In this document: piece after piece, positions 18,471 through 20,000 of the stretch
Position numbering within the stretch: position 1 is the stretch's first letter
How the letters are laid out: every line of letters starts with the position of its first letter
Source of the DNA: Chiloscyllium plagiosum
Lineage: Eukaryota
NCBI RefSeq assembly: GCF_004010195.1
Contig: NC_057720.1
Location: forward strand, 3,881,757-3,901,756
Direction: 5' to 3'
DNA length: 20,000 nt
Made by a program: the position numbers and the translations under genes
The notes under the pieces: generated by a model
The model's database searches: none
What the model saw: only the letters and a program-made list of their open reading frames with translations
Told to the model about the DNA's origin: nothing

Positions 18471-20000
18471 GTTGAACAGAGGGAACTATGGAGCTATGAG
18501 GGAGGAGCTGGCCAAAGTTCAGTACCCTAGCAGGGATGGCAGTGGAACCACAATGGATATAATACAGAAGGTGCAGGGTCAGTTTGTTCCAAAGAGGAAG
18601 AAAGATCCTAAGGGGAGGCAAGGGCGGCCGTGGCTGATGAGGGAAGTTAAGGACTGTATGAAGATAAAAGGGAGAAGTAGTATAACATGGCAAAGATGAG
18701 CGGGAAGCCGGAGGACTGGGAAACTTTTAAAGAGCAACCGAGGATAACTAAAAAGGCAATAATGGAGGAAAAAAATGAGGTATGAAGGTGAACTGGTCAA
18801 AAATATAAAGGAGGATAGTAAAACCTTTTTCAGGTATGTGAAAAGAAACAAAATGGTTAAGACTAAAATTGGGCCCTTGAAGACAGAAACGGGTGAAGTT
18901 ATTATGGGGAACAAGGAAATGGCAGAAGAGTTGAATTGGTACATTGGATCTGTCTTCACTGGGGAAGACACAAGCAATCCCGCAGATGTAATTGTGGCTG
19001 AAGGACCTGAACTGAAGGGAATTTATATTTGCCAGGACTGTTAGGTCTGAAGGCTGATAAGTCCCTGGGGCCGGATGGCCTACATCCCAGGGTACCGAAG
19101 GAGGTGGCTCCAGAAATCGTGGATGCGTTGGTGATCATTTTCCAATGTTCTATAGATTCAGGATCAGTTCCTGCGGATTGGAGGGTGGCTAATGTTGTAC
19201 CACTTTTCAAGAAAGGAGGGAGAGAGAAAATCGGGAATAAAATACCGGTTTGCCTGACGTCATTGGTGAGAAAGATGCTGGAGTCAATTATAAAGGACGA
19301 AATTATGACTCATTTGGATACCAGTAATAGGATAGGTCAGAGTCAGCATGGATTTATGAAGGGGAAATCATGCTTGACTAATCTTATGGAATTCTTTGAG
19401 GACGTAAATCTGAAATTGGACAAGGGAGAGCCAGTGTATGTAGTATACCTGGACTTTCAGAAAGCCTTTGATAAGGTCCCACATAGGTTAGTGAGCAAAA
19501 TTAGGGCACATGGTATTGGGGACAAGGTACTGACTTGGATTGAAAATTGGCTGGCTGACAGGAAGCAAAGAGTAATGATAAACGGATCCCTTTCGGAATG
19601 GCAGGCAGTGACCAGTGGTGTGCTGCAGGGATCAGTGCTGGGACCGCAGCTTTTTACAATGTACATTAATGATATAGATGAAGGTATGAAAAGTCATATC
19701 AGCAAATTTGCTGATGACACAAAGCTGGGTGGCAGGGTGAAATGTGAGGAGGACGTTAGGAAATTACAGGTTGATCTGGACAGGCTAGGTGAGTGAACAG
19801 ATGCATGGCAGATGCAGTCTAATGTGGATAAATTAGTGGTTATCCACTTTGGCAAGAACAGGAAGGCAGATTACTACCTAAATGGAGTCACTTTAGGTAA
19901 AGGGGCAGTACAATGAGATCTAGGTGTTCTTGTACACCAGTCAATGAAGGCAAGCATGCAGGTACAGCAGGCAGTGAAGAAAGCTAATAGCATGCTGGCC
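18471..20000 (+). mobile_element. Second 5'-truncated CR1 ORF2 copy joined to or inserted into the preceding one; runs off the window
   Basis: After RPLLEYC-type sequence the frame restarts at post-endonuclease LNRGNYGAMREELAKV, then a second RT: DKSLGPDGLHPRV..SQHGFMKGKSCLTNL..YLDFQKAFDKVPH..QGSVLGPQLF..KFADDTKLGG. Confidence 0.92.

Noticed and set aside
17278..19796. Active or domesticated reverse transcriptase, or a retron/DGR-like system
   Set aside because: These are typical CR1 RT motifs broken by stops, frameshifts and deletions (FADY in one copy). No intact ORF2.

Overview
Eukaryotic genomic DNA, most likely from a shark or other cartilaginous fish (inferred from recognised repeat families, not a database search). 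The window lies inside a + strand mucolipin gene, best matching MCOLN3/TRPML3. Six internal coding exons are visible (800-953, 4220-4304, 4403-4499, 6139-6238, 14292-14404, 14499-14648). All have GT-AG boundaries and splice into one open frame of 699 nt / 233 aa covering the luminal polycystin-mucolipin domain through about S2-S3. The introns are dense with decayed retroelements: CR1-clade LINEs (two retaining SGNH-esterase ORF1 plus APE/RT ORF2 remnants), V-SINE/HE1-like tRNA SINEs, an L2 remnant, a probable solo LTR, and short fold-back elements resembling Penelope-like termini. Highlights are a near-intact minimal hammerhead ribozyme motif on the transcribed strand (2017-2051), inverted repeats bracketing exons, a multi-level TE nest in the 8 kb intron, and candidate SOX/E-box and CTCF sites. 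There are three assembly gaps (8668-9464, 10750-10975, 16285-16291). Most ORFs in the supplied track are TE fragments or antisense artefacts. I see no convincing wholly new system.
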